DNA of 64,000 nucleotides, taken from contig JAZQOV010000001.1 of assembly GCA_045628045.1 (NCBI GenBank), forward strand, positions 88,151 to 152,150, given 5' to 3'. The stretch comes from Bacilli bacterium. Its GTDB lineage: Bacteria > Bacillota_I > Bacilli_A > RFN20 > CAG-826. Numbering within the stretch: the first letter of the stretch is position 1; each line of letters starts with the position of its first letter. The position numbers were made by a program, and so were the translations under genes. Below the pieces are notes generated by a model that made no database searches, had not been told where the DNA came from, and saw nothing but the letters and a program-made list of their open reading frames with translations. This document shows, piece after piece, positions 19,031-29,078 of this stretch.

Positions 19031-20424
19031 TTTATTTGTCCTCCATTTCCGCCTACCGTCATTTCACTAACTCTGATTGTTGGTTGCCCGCAATCCACTG
19101 GAACGTACCCTGAAGCAGCACCACACATTCCTTGTGCCCTTTCAAGGTCGTTACCAATCATGTCTATTTTCATCAAAATATCTTGGCCGGTGCCTATTAC
19201 TGATGCTCCTCTAACTGGTTCGCAAATTTTACCATCGCGAATTAAATAAGCTTCACTACAACCAAAGTTAAATTCACCTGTTACTGGGTTAACTTGGCCA
19301 CCTGCGAGTGACTTGGCGTAAAGTCCAAATTTGGTTGCTTTTATAATTTCTTCAGGTGTAGATTTGCCGGCACAAATGTAAGTATTTGACATTCTTGATG
19401 TTGGTTCAAATTTATAAGATTGGCGTCTGCATGCGCCATTGCCTTGGCGCCCCATACGACGTCCGTTAAAATCGTCAATTAAAAAGTTTTTAAGAATGCC
19501 GTTTTCGATGAGAAGAGTCTTTTCTGTTTTGTTTCCTTCGTCATCAATATTATTGCTTCCCCAAGCATTTGGGATGGTTCCATCATCAATAGCAGAAAGT
19601 ATTGGAGATGCGATTTGTTTTCCTAATTTATCCGCGAAAACTGACAAATTTTTCGAAACTGCCGATGCTTCTAGCGGATGTCCGCATGCTTCATGGAAAA
19701 GAGTTCCGCCAAATCCGTTTCCAATTACAACAGGCATTTTTCCACTTGGGCATTCTTTAGCTTCGAGCATCATAATTGTTTTTTCAGCAACAGATTTTGC
19801 AATCTTTTTAATGTCAACCTTAGATTCAAAAAACTCAAAACCAGCGCTTGCTCCTGGACCTTCAAAACCTGTTTCGATTTTGCTTTGATCTACAGCTTTG
19901 CATGAAATTCCAACCCTTCCTCTTTCTTTCTTATCGAGGTGGTTAAAACCTTTTGAATTAATTATTTGAATATTTGAAATTTTATAGTTGAATGATACGT
20001 TTGATCTAACTATGCGTTTGTCGTAATTCATCAAAACATCACAACCACTTTTTAGATAATTGATTATTGTTTTGTCATCAATTTCTTCAAATGGTTTTGT
20101 ACAAACTGAAAGATCTTTTGCTCGTTTCGTTTTTAATTCTTTGACTTCTAGAATTTGCTTATCCTTAAACGAACAAGCGAGTGATTCGATTAATTTTGTT
20201 AGTGATTTTTCGCTTAAATCATTTGTGTAGCCATAAACACTTTGAAGTTTGTTTAATAATCTAATTCCGGCGCCGGATGCACGTATGACTGCTGAATTTT
20301 CGACTTTACCATTTTCAACACTTACGGTGAAAGTTTCTATATTTTCAATATAGATTTCAGCATAATCAGCGCCCGTGCACAAACCTTTATTTAAGATTCT
20401 AATACCTTGATTTTTACTTAGCAT
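19027..20424 (-). CDS. tldD: TldD metalloprotease
   Basis: FHEACGHPLE, DDEG, GACRRQSY..PTSRMSNT, GMCG..SG.VPV..GQP. Confidence 0.93.
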   Translation of the reverse strand: MLSKNQGIRILNKGLCTGADYAEIYIENIETFTVSVENGKVENSAVIRASGAGIRLLNKLQSVYGYTNDLSEKSLTKLIESLACSFKDKQILEVKELKTKRAKDLSVCTKPFEEIDDKTIINYLKSGCDVLMNYDKRIVRSNVSFNYKISNIQIINSKGFNHLDKKERGRVGISCKAVDQSKIETGFEGPGASAGFEFFESKVDIKKIAKSVAEKTIMMLEAKECPSGKMPVVIGNGFGGTLFHEACGHPLEASAVSKNLSVFADKLGKQIASPILSAIDDGTIPNAWGSNNIDDEGNKTEKTLLIENGILKNFLIDDFNGRRMGRQGNGACRRQSYKFEPTSRMSNTYICAGKSTPEEIIKATKFGLYAKSLAGGQVNPVTGEFNFGCSEAYLIRDGKICEPVRGASVIGTGQDILMKIDMIGNDLERAQGMCGAASGYVPVDCGQPTIRVSEMTVGGNGGQIK

Positions 20425-20435
20425 AGGCTTTCTCC

Positions 20436-21974
20436 TTATTTATAAAATTTATATTTATATCTTTTTGTTATTTTAAAATTTAATCTTTGCGAATGAAGAA
20501 TTCTTTGAATTGCAAATTTGCCCGAAAGCATAGCGATTGGAATTCCGCCTGGAGTGATTCCCCATTGACTTGCAACGAAAAGATTTTTGATTTTACCAAT
20601 TTTTCCGTTGTGATTTAGCATCTTTCCCTTCGCAGTGAGCATGAAAGGTTGGAAACTTCCGTGATAGCTTCTTGTGTATCTTTCAAACGTTTTGTGAGTG
20701 CAGACATCAAGTGTTTCAATTTTGTCTTTTAAAATAGGGAATTTTCTCTCAATTTCTGCTTTAATTTCGTTTGCGATTTGTAACTTCGCATTATTGTATT
20801 CATTTTTGTTTGAAAAACTATTCCAAAAATCATAGTCAGAATCAGTTTGAGAAATCATCACTTGGACAACAGATTTTCCGTCGTTAATAAATGTTTTGTC
20901 ATAAGAATAATCACGAATCCTAATTGAGTTTTTATATTTATTTCCAACAAGAAATGGACGAGATTGAAATTCGTATGTTGAGGTTAAATTTAAAGAATCT
21001 AAAGATTCTTTATCAATTGCATAATGAACTAGAATGCATGATGGAATTGGGTAAGCTTTTTCATCATCGATATGTTTATAAAAAATCTTAATTCTTTCTT
21101 GTGTATCAAGCAATGAAACTGAGTTAAATGGATCACTTGCTGATACAACAAAATCAGCATAAATTTTCTCACCGTTTTGTAGTTCAATTCCAATGGCTTT
21201 ATTTTCCTTAATTAAAATACGTTTTACATCAGAATTATAATGAATAAAACCACTATTATTTTCGTATGAACTAACAAGGTTTTTTATTAAGGTATTTGAG
21301 CCGCCTTCGAGAACACCGCCATTACCAGATGCAACGGTTCCGTAAGCATAAAGTGTTGAATAAAGATTAGTGTTATCTGGAATAATGTGTTTGAAGGATT
21401 CTCTTATTACTGAAGATTTAAATTTGTTTGCATAATCAGAAGCCATGATTTTGTTGCACTTAATGTATTGAGGTAAATATTTTAAGGTATCAGTAGCAAC
21501 CCTAAGTAAGTCACCATAACCCATAAGTGAAAGTGGAACCTCAATTGGGAGGTGCATGTTTTGGAATAATTTAATGTATTTAATTGTTTTGTGAATTTGG
21601 CGAGAATCTTTTGGAGAAATTTCAATTAATTCTTTCTCCAATTTTTCTAAATCTGCCCAAAAAGTGACGGTTTTTCCGGCGAATTCGTATGTTCCGAAGT
21701 TATCGGTTGATATGATTTGATCATCCTCAAAAGCTTCAAGTTCATCCCAAAGTCTTCTGATTGGAGAATCGGGTTTTACACCAGTTAACCAATGGATGCA
21801 ACCATCAATGTTGAAGCCTTTTCTATTCCAACATCTACAAAGGCCACCTGCCACGGGGTTCTTTTCAAAGATTTCAGTTGTGTAACCATTTTTCTGACCA
21901 AAAATTCCAGTCGAAAGACCAGAGATTCCTGCTCCGATAATGATAATTTTCTTCTGATTTTTTTCTGAAAACAT
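20436..21974 (-). CDS. FAD-dependent oxidoreductase, phytoene desaturase (CrtI)-like family
   Basis: IIIGAGISGL Rossmann motif, GGLC..W.RKG..IDGCIHWL, C-terminal PGGIP.AMLSG. Confidence 0.82.
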   Translation of the reverse strand: MFSEKNQKKIIIIGAGISGLSTGIFGQKNGYTTEIFEKNPVAGGLCRCWNRKGFNIDGCIHWLTGVKPDSPIRRLWDELEAFEDDQIISTDNFGTYEFAGKTVTFWADLEKLEKELIEISPKDSRQIHKTIKYIKLFQNMHLPIEVPLSLMGYGDLLRVATDTLKYLPQYIKCNKIMASDYANKFKSSVIRESFKHIIPDNTNLYSTLYAYGTVASGNGGVLEGGSNTLIKNLVSSYENNSGFIHYNSDVKRILIKENKAIGIELQNGEKIYADFVVSASDPFNSVSLLDTQERIKIFYKHIDDEKAYPIPSCILVHYAIDKESLDSLNLTSTYEFQSRPFLVGNKYKNSIRIRDYSYDKTFINDGKSVVQVMISQTDSDYDFWNSFSNKNEYNNAKLQIANEIKAEIERKFPILKDKIETLDVCTHKTFERYTRSYHGSFQPFMLTAKGKMLNHNGKIGKIKNLFVASQWGITPGGIPIAMLSGKFAIQRILHSQRLNFKITKRYKYKFYK

Positions 21975-22030
21975 ACGGTTGTTATTATACTCTTAGGCCG
22001 AGTTAATATAAATATTTATTATATTTTTTC

Positions 22031-22058
22031 TTGCTTTTGGCGGTTTATATGATACGAT
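22031..22058 (+). promoter_or_regulatory. Probable sigma-A promoter of rpmE
   Basis: TTGCTT-16-TACGAT with extended TG. Confidence 0.5.
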
Positions 22059-22059
22059 A

Positions 22060-22106
22060 TTAGGGCACTTTCTTTAGGAGCCACTAGAGCCCTAAGGCGG
22101 AAGGAG
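22060..22106 (+). promoter_or_regulatory. L31 leader-like RNA hairpin upstream of rpmE
   Basis: CTTTAGG...CCTAAGG stem directly followed by CGGAAGGAG, resembling Firmicute rpmE leaders as I recall them. Confidence 0.6.
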
Positions 22107-22112
22107 TTAATT

Positions 22113-22316
22113 ATGAAAAAAGATATTCATCCAGAAGTTTACGAAGTTGAAGTTACTTGTGTCTCCTGTGGAGCAAAGTTCAAAACTCACTCAACAAGCA
22201 AGGAAATCCACGTCGATACTTGCTCAAATTGCCACCCATTCTATACTGGCAAACAAAGATTCGTTTCATCTGACGGACGTGTTGATCGTTTCAATAAGAA
22301 ATACGGAATCAAATAA
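22113..22316 (+). CDS. rpmE: 50S ribosomal protein L31 (zinc-binding type)
   Basis: [34 protein letters not shown]. Confidence 0.98.
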   Translation: MKKDIHPEVYEVEVTCVSCGAKFKTHSTSKEIHVDTCSNCHPFYTGKQRFVSSDGRVDRFNKKYGIK

Positions 22317-22333
22317 GTTAAAAAAACAATTAG

Positions 22334-22367
22334 AAACTCGCGAGAAAATCGCGAGTTTTTATTTTTT
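22334..22367 (+). terminator. rpmE terminator
   Basis: AAACTCGCGA-GAAAA-TCGCGAGTTT followed by a T tract. Confidence 0.88.
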
Positions 22368-22426
22368 ACATAAGATTTCTTATATACAACTTTATTTTTA
22401 AATAAATGCGACTATAATATATGTAT

Positions 22427-23905
22427 ATGAAATCGTGTCGTTTAATTCTCATAGCTAGCGTATCAGCCTTACTTTTAGGCGGCTGTGACTTTTCGTCATT
22501 ACCTGCAATTGGAGAAGAATTACAAATTTCTAATCCACCTTCAAAAACAGTTTATGTTGTCGGAGAGTCCTTTGATCCAGAAGGAATGGAGGTTGTGCTG
22601 AGCAGTCTTTTAAAAAGTGAAGTTGTTACAGACTATACATATGAGCCAACCACTCCATTAACCTTAGAAGATGAATATATCACTGTTTTATATGATAAAT
22701 ATTCTGTGCAAACCCCAATTGAAATTAAGGAAGCTGCTGAAAAAGTTTTAGTAAGCATTGAAATATCAACTCCGCCTTCAAAATTAACTTATATAGAAGG
22801 TGAATCATTTGAAACTTCAGGAATGGTTGTTAAAGCTGTTTATTCAACAGGCGAAAAAGAAACAATTAGCAATTATTCAGTATCATTAACTGGTGCTTTG
22901 ACTACTTCAGATAATGAAGTTTCAATTACTTACGAAGGAAAAACCGCCAGAATTTCTATTGTTGTTCAACCAAAATCCGGTGCGGTTCTTCAAAGTATTT
23001 ATGTAAAAACTCAACCAAGTCAAACCACATACACCGAAGGTGATTACTTTAATCCAAACGGCATGGTTGTTATGGGCCGATACTCTGATGGAAGTGAATC
23101 TCAAATTACTTCTTATACATGCTCACCAACGAGTGCTTTAACTACTTCAAATAAAACCATTACAGTAAGTTGTGGTAGTTTTACAGCCACAGTAAATATT
23201 ACTGTTAACCCAAAACAAGGTGGTTATACTGGTTATTATGAAGAAATTAACCCAAACAGTACGAATTTACTTAGCGATTTGCGCTCTTTAAATGGCAAAA
23301 AGCGAAAATCAACAGTTGGTTATAAACCAATGCTTAATGATCCTCAACATGGTTTCTATTTAACAGACCCAGGAAATGGGCAAAACACTATTACTTCCTT
23401 TTATTCAGGCAAAAGTATTAACGGAACTGGTGGTTTAAATAGAGAACATGTTTGGCCAGATTCTAGAGGCGGCAATTATGTTGACAACGATATTCATATG
23501 ACTCGTCCAACACTTACAGCTGAAAACGGAAATAGAGGAAATTCCTTCTATGTTGAAGGCAAATGCAGCTCTAGTGGTGGATGGGATCCAGCAGCGACAT
23601 CATTTGGCTTAGAATCCTATCGTGGCGATGCCGCTCGTATTATCTTCTATTGCGTTGTTGCATCCAATCAATTGTCGTTAGTCGATACGAACGATGATGA
23701 TAAAAATAATAAAACAATGGGCAAATTATCTGATTTAATTAAATGGAATTTAAAATACCCAGTTCTCGAGCGCGAAATGACACGAAATAACGCAGCTGAA
23801 AAGCTTCAAGGCAATAGAAATCCATTTATCGATCATCCAGAATTAGTTTGCAAAATCTGGGGAAACTACAATTCGACTACAAAATCAATATGCGGAGGAT
23901 ATTAA
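22427..23905 (+). CDS. Lipoprotein with three bacterial Ig-like repeats and a C-terminal endonuclease I (Bsn-like) domain
   Basis: Lipobox LGGC; three PxKxxYxxGExFxxxGMVV repeats; REHVWP, RGDAARIIFY, QGNRNPFIDHPE. Confidence 0.88.
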   Translation: MKSCRLILIASVSALLLGGCDFSSLPAIGEELQISNPPSKTVYVVGESFDPEGMEVVLSSLLKSEVVTDYTYEPTTPLTLEDEYITVLYDKYSVQTPIEIKEAAEKVLVSIEISTPPSKLTYIEGESFETSGMVVKAVYSTGEKETISNYSVSLTGALTTSDNEVSITYEGKTARISIVVQPKSGAVLQSIYVKTQPSQTTYTEGDYFNPNGMVVMGRYSDGSESQITSYTCSPTSALTTSNKTITVSCGSFTATVNITVNPKQGGYTGYYEEINPNSTNLLSDLRSLNGKKRKSTVGYKPMLNDPQHGFYLTDPGNGQNTITSFYSGKSINGTGGLNREHVWPDSRGGNYVDNDIHMTRPTLTAENGNRGNSFYVEGKCSSSGGWDPAATSFGLESYRGDAARIIFYCVVASNQLSLVDTNDDDKNNKTMGKLSDLIKWNLKYPVLEREMTRNNAAEKLQGNRNPFIDHPELVCKIWGNYNSTTKSICGGY

Positions 23906-23906
23906 A

Positions 23907-24836
23907 ATGAAATTTGGAAAAATCGCACTTCTAACATTAGTTACCTTGGGTAGTGTTACATTAAGTAGCTGCTACATTGATTTAGGTTTTATTAAAATTG
24001 GAACAAAAACCGAAAATGGTGGAGGCGGTGGTAGCACCGTTATTGATGATAAAACTCAAAATAATTTAATTTCAAAATATTATTCAGGTCTAAATGATAA
24101 TCAAAAAGGCACCTCGCTTTTGAACGCACTTTATACATTAAACCTTTCTAAAAGAAAAACATTAACTGGATATTCAGCAATGGGTTCAACCTCTGGTGGA
24201 AAATTCAAGTTTACAGATTTTGACCCAAATTCAACAATTAAAACTGTAAAAGCCACAATTGATGGAATTAGTGTCGATGTTCCATATGGCTCAAAAGTTT
24301 TAAGTTTCTACAGCGGAAAATCCACTGCAACATTCAATAAAGAACACGTTTGGCCTGCTTCAAGACTCACTGGAGGAAGGGGCAATAATGATTTAGAGGA
24401 TGATATCCTCATGCCACGCCCAACCATTTCAGAAGAAAACTCTGATCGTGGAAACTCAGTTTACGTTACAGGAATGTCCACCAGTAATGCTGGTTGGGAT
24501 CCAGTAACAGCATTTAAGAACACCATAGGTGTTGCTCAAAATATTCGTGGTGAATGCGCAAGAATTATTTTCTATTGCATGACTGGTGATAATTCATTAG
24601 TTCTTAATGACAACACAAATAATAGCGGCAACAATATGGGAAAGATATCTGATCTTGTTGAATGGGCCTGTGAAAACCCTGTCAATGACAGAGAAAAACG
24701 CAGAAATTTAGGAGCCCAATATCTCCAAGGCAACAGAAATGCCTTCGTTGATCACCCTGAATACGTTTGTAAGATTTGGGGATCAACAAACTCAAGAACA
24801 AAATCAGCTTGTCAAAAAGCAAATTACGCATATTAA
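23907..24836 (+). CDS. Endonuclease I (Bsn-like) lipoprotein, paralog of the upstream gene
   Basis: Lipobox LSSC; KEHVWP, RGECARIIFY, QGNRNAFVDHPE. Confidence 0.88.
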   Translation: MKFGKIALLTLVTLGSVTLSSCYIDLGFIKIGTKTENGGGGGSTVIDDKTQNNLISKYYSGLNDNQKGTSLLNALYTLNLSKRKTLTGYSAMGSTSGGKFKFTDFDPNSTIKTVKATIDGISVDVPYGSKVLSFYSGKSTATFNKEHVWPASRLTGGRGNNDLEDDILMPRPTISEENSDRGNSVYVTGMSTSNAGWDPVTAFKNTIGVAQNIRGECARIIFYCMTGDNSLVLNDNTNNSGNNMGKISDLVEWACENPVNDREKRRNLGAQYLQGNRNAFVDHPEYVCKIWGSTNSRTKSACQKANYAY

Positions 24837-24870
24837 TTTTTAATTAATTCGAGAACAAGGAGTACCTCAT

Positions 24871-26448
24871 ATGAAAAACAAGTTCTACATTACTACGCCT
24901 ATATATTATCCAAGCGCTGAAGCGCATATTGGGCACGCTTATTGCACTACAATGTGCGATATTCTTGCACGTTCAAAGCGCATGCGTGGTTTTGAGACAT
25001 ATTTTCTAACAGGCACCGATGAACACGGCGAAAAAATCCAAAAGAAAGCTGCTGAAAAAGGTGTTACTCCTCAACAATACGTCGATGAAATTGCTGGCAA
25101 ATTCAAAGAATTATGGAAGGCAATGTGTATTTCAAATGATGACTTTATAAGAACAACCGAAGAACGTCATACTAAGGTCGTTCAATCAATATTTTCTAAA
25201 ATGCTCAAAAATGATGATATTTACCTTGGTAAATATAAAGGTTGGTATTGTACTCCTTGTGAATCATTTTGGACTGACACTCAAGTAGGTGAAGAGCATC
25301 TTTGCCCAGATTGCCATAGACCAGTTCATGAAGCAGAAGAAGAATGCTATTTTTTCAAAACCTCAAAATACATTGATGTTGTAACAAAGCATTATGAAGC
25401 AAATCCAAAATTCATTACTCCTGTTGCTCGTAAAAACGAGATGATGAATACGTTTATTAATAAAGGACTTGATGATTTGTGTGTATCAAGAACAACATTT
25501 GACTGGGGAATTCCAGTTATTGAAAATAACAAACACGTTATGTACGTTTGGTTAGATGCGCTTTGCAATTACATTACTGCTCTTGGTTATGGTTCAGATA
25601 ATCCAGAACTTTTCGAAAAATTCTGGAATGATCCAAATTGTGAGATTGTGCACGTTGTAGGCGCTGATATTACGCGCTTCCACGTTATTTATTGGCCGAT
25701 GTTTTTAACATCACTTGGATTAAGACTTCCAGATAGAGTTTTCGTCCATGGTCTTTTAGATTTAAATGGGGAAAAGATGTCAAAATCACGTGGAAACGTA
25801 GTTTCACCATTCCCATTAATTGAAAGATATGGTGTTGATACAGTTCGTTGGTTCCTCGCTAAAGAATTTGCCTTCGGCAGTGATGGAAGATTTACTCCTG
25901 AATCTTTCGCAGAACGTATTAATGTCGATTTAGCAAACAACTACGGAAATCTTGTTAGCAGAACAATTTCAATGATTGCTAAATATTTTGATGGAGTTAT
26001 TCCAACACTCTCAAATCCTGGAGAAAAAGAAAAATCAATTCGTGACTTAACAGAAAAAACAGTTAAAGCTTACGAAAATTTAATGGATGATTTAAAGATT
26101 TCTGAAGCACTTAGTGAAGTTGTAAATTTACTTAATGTCGCAAACAAATATATTGAAGAATCCGCACCATGGGTTTTAGCTAAAGAAGGTAAGCAAGAAG
26201 AACTCGGAAACGTAATGGCAGTTTTATCAAATTCAATTATCGTTTGTTCGAAACTTTTATCACCAGTTTTAGTTGAATCCACTGAAAAAGTTTTTGAAAT
26301 GTTTAACTTAACAGAAACCCAAAAATCCTATGAATTTAACGGGAATTTCTGCGGATTTTCCGGAAATAAAGTTACAAAGGGTGAACCATTATTCCCAAGA
26401 CTTGATCTTCAAGTTGAGACAGAATTTATTAGTTCGTTATCAAAATAA
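24871..26448 (+). CDS. metG: Methionine--tRNA ligase (short form, no C-terminal OB domain)
   Basis: YITTPIYY, HIGH, TGTDEHG, CxxC...CxxC knuckle, YVWLDAL, KMSKS. Confidence 0.97.
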   Translation: MKNKFYITTPIYYPSAEAHIGHAYCTTMCDILARSKRMRGFETYFLTGTDEHGEKIQKKAAEKGVTPQQYVDEIAGKFKELWKAMCISNDDFIRTTEERHTKVVQSIFSKMLKNDDIYLGKYKGWYCTPCESFWTDTQVGEEHLCPDCHRPVHEAEEECYFFKTSKYIDVVTKHYEANPKFITPVARKNEMMNTFINKGLDDLCVSRTTFDWGIPVIENNKHVMYVWLDALCNYITALGYGSDNPELFEKFWNDPNCEIVHVVGADITRFHVIYWPMFLTSLGLRLPDRVFVHGLLDLNGEKMSKSRGNVVSPFPLIERYGVDTVRWFLAKEFAFGSDGRFTPESFAERINVDLANNYGNLVSRTISMIAKYFDGVIPTLSNPGEKEKSIRDLTEKTVKAYENLMDDLKISEALSEVVNLLNVANKYIEESAPWVLAKEGKQEELGNVMAVLSNSIIVCSKLLSPVLVESTEKVFEMFNLTETQKSYEFNGNFCGFSGNKVTKGEPLFPRLDLQVETEFISSLSK

Positions 26449-26450
26449 TT

Positions 26451-29078
26451 ATGGCAAAGTTAGATCAGAATAGAACCCCATATTTAGATGCCTTAAAAAC
26501 CTACATTTCAAGGAGCACTTCTCAACTAGATGTTCCTGGTCATCAACAAGGCAATGTCGAAAATAAATTAAAGGACTTTATTGGTTCTCAAGTTTTTAAA
26601 TGCGACGTTAACGCTCCAATTGGGATGGATAACCTCGCAAACCCACATGCTTGCTTGGCAGAAGCCGAAGAACTTATGGCCGATTATGCAAACGCGGATC
26701 ATTCGTTTTTCTTAATTAACGGAACATCAAGTGGAATCATTGCGATGATTATGTCGGCATGTCATGCAAATGACAAAATCATTCTTCCAAGAAACGTTCA
26801 TAAATCAATTGTTTCAGCACTTATTCTTTCAGGTGCTCAACCAATTTACATAATGCCTCGTATTGACGCCGATCTTGAAATTGCAAACCAACCAACTGTA
26901 GATGAATACATAAATGCTATGCATCGTTATCCATCTGCAAAGGCAATATTTGTAATAAATCCAACATATTTTGGTGCAGTTAACGACTTAAAACGCCTCG
27001 TTGAAGAAGCTCATAAACGTGGCGTTACCGTTTTAGTAGATGAAGCACATGGTGCTCATTACTACTTCGATAAAAAAGGGCCAGTTTCTGCTATGGATGC
27101 AGGTGCAGATATGGCTTCTGTTTCATTTCATAAAACAGCAGGATCTTTAACTCAATCCTCAGTTTTACTTTTAAAATCAGAGATTATCGATAAAATTACT
27201 GTTCAAAAAACACTTAATATTTTAAATACAACTTCTCCATCCACAATTCTTATGGCATCTATTGATGCTGCAAGATATTTTGTTGCAACTCAAGGACAAG
27301 AAGCAATCGATAAAACTCACGAAATAAGCAAATATGCAAGAGAACAAATCTCTAAAATTAAAGGTTTTGTCCCTTGTGGAAAAGATCATTTCTTAAAACG
27401 TGGTTGTTATGATTACGATGAAACAAAACTAGTCATTAAACTAGAACATTTAGATATTAACGGCTTTGATGTTTATCAGATGCTTCAAAAAGACTATAAA
27501 ATTCAGATTGAATTGGCTGAAACCTACGCAATTATGGCTATTTTGGCCATTGGTACAGGCAAAAAGCAAATTGATAAGCTTATTAGCGCTCTTAAAGATA
27601 TTTCTAAGAAACATTACAAAAAAACTTACGAATATAAACGTCATGCCTTTGGCATTGAGTTCCCATTCCAAGTTGTAAGACCAAGAAGTGCATATCACGC
27701 TGCAGGAAAACGTGTTCCTTTAGCAGAAGCTGTTAATCAAATTTCAAAAGAATCAATTATGATTTATCCTCCAGGAATTCCTTTAATTGTTCCAGGAGAA
27801 ATATTTACTTCCGATCTTGTTAAGAGAATTCAAGAATACAAAAAAGCTGGAATTACAATTCTTTCCGATTATGGCGCTGACGTTGTAAACGTCATTGACA
27901 CCGAAAAATGGAGAGCATTTAAATCCTATCAAAATAAAGTTAATGATTATTTAACAAAAAAACTTACAACTCCAAGAGCTGATGATTTTTCAATGCCTTT
28001 TGAAGGTGACAAACATAGTGGAACAATTATGTTACTTCCATTTAGAAAAGACACTTGGAGAAAAAATGCTGAGCCAGCATTAGAAAACTATAAAAAAGTA
28101 GCTCTTGCTATTGCAAAATATGAACCAGTTTATTTAGGAATTGCTCCTAAGTTATATAACCGTGTAATCAAAGATTACGAAGGAATTAAAAATATTCATC
28201 CAATTAAAGTTGCATATAACGACGCTTGGGCTCGTGATAACTCACCAATTTTTGTCACAAATGGTGAAAGAATGAGGGTTGTTGACTTTAGATTTAACGC
28301 CTGGGGCGGAGAAGTTGATGGGCTTTATTCAAATTACAAAAATGATGATGCTTTAACAAAGAATTTAGCCAAGAAATTTTCACAAGAAGTTTATAGACTT
28401 GAAGAATTTATTCTTGAAGGTGGTTCAATTCATGTTGATGGCGAAGGAACATGTTTAGTTACAAAAGCATGTCTACTTTCTGAAGGAAGAAATCCCGAAC
28501 TTAACCAATTAGAAATTGAAGAAACTTTAAAGATTTATCTTGGTGTTAACAAAGTTATTTGGCTTGATAACGGAATTTATCAAGACGAAACAAATGAACA
28601 CGTTGATAATATGGCGTGTTTCATAAAACCTGGTGTAGTTGCCTTAGCCTGGACTAATGATAAAAAGGATCCTCAATACAAAAATTCTTCTCAAGCATTC
28701 AAGACTTTAAGTAATGAAACAGACGCTAAAGGAAGACATTTTGAAATTATTAAAATTAAGGTTCCAAAACCAATTTATATGACTAAAAAGGAGAGTAAAG
28801 GCATTACTGCTGGAACTCATAATGCTAAAGTAAGAAATGAAGGAGACCGTTTAGCAGCTTCCTACATCAATTTCTATCAAGGTGAAAAATTTGTTATCTT
28901 GCCAGCCTTTGGCGTTCCTGAAGATAAACTTGCAAAAGAACAACTTCAAAAGCTTTATCCAAACAAGGAAATCATTCAAATTAATACAAAAGAAATTTTA
29001 TTGGGCGGTGGAAATGTTCACTGCATTACAATGCAAATTCCATACAACAAGGAGTTTATAAAGAAAAATGAAAATTAA
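26451..29078 (+). CDS. speA-aguA: Fusion protein: PLP-dependent arginine (Lys/Orn/Arg family) decarboxylase plus agmatine deiminase
   Basis: N half: DVPGH, NGTS, DEAHG, SFHKT, YPPGIP. C half: WARD, FNAWGG, LEGGSIHVDGEGT, HVDN, SYINFY, GGGNVHCITMQ. Confidence 0.9.
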   Translation: MAKLDQNRTPYLDALKTYISRSTSQLDVPGHQQGNVENKLKDFIGSQVFKCDVNAPIGMDNLANPHACLAEAEELMADYANADHSFFLINGTSSGIIAMIMSACHANDKIILPRNVHKSIVSALILSGAQPIYIMPRIDADLEIANQPTVDEYINAMHRYPSAKAIFVINPTYFGAVNDLKRLVEEAHKRGVTVLVDEAHGAHYYFDKKGPVSAMDAGADMASVSFHKTAGSLTQSSVLLLKSEIIDKITVQKTLNILNTTSPSTILMASIDAARYFVATQGQEAIDKTHEISKYAREQISKIKGFVPCGKDHFLKRGCYDYDETKLVIKLEHLDINGFDVYQMLQKDYKIQIELAETYAIMAILAIGTGKKQIDKLISALKDISKKHYKKTYEYKRHAFGIEFPFQVVRPRSAYHAAGKRVPLAEAVNQISKESIMIYPPGIPLIVPGEIFTSDLVKRIQEYKKAGITILSDYGADVVNVIDTEKWRAFKSYQNKVNDYLTKKLTTPRADDFSMPFEGDKHSGTIMLLPFRKDTWRKNAEPALENYKKVALAIAKYEPVYLGIAPKLYNRVIKDYEGIKNIHPIKVAYNDAWARDNSPIFVTNGERMRVVDFRFNAWGGEVDGLYSNYKNDDALTKNLAKKFSQEVYRLEEFILEGGSIHVDGEGTCLVTKACLLSEGRNPELNQLEIEETLKIYLGVNKVIWLDNGIYQDETNEHVDNMACFIKPGVVALAWTNDKKDPQYKNSSQAFKTLSNETDAKGRHFEIIKIKVPKPIYMTKKESKGITAGTHNAKVRNEGDRLAASYINFYQGEKFVILPAFGVPEDKLAKEQLQKLYPNKEIIQINTKEILLGGGNVHCITMQIPYNKEFIKKNEN

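Noticed and set aside
15821-21974. RiPP or carotenoid biosynthetic cluster around tldDE and the CrtI-like gene
   Set aside because: No precursor peptide, YcaO, radical SAM, transporter or phytoene synthase nearby.
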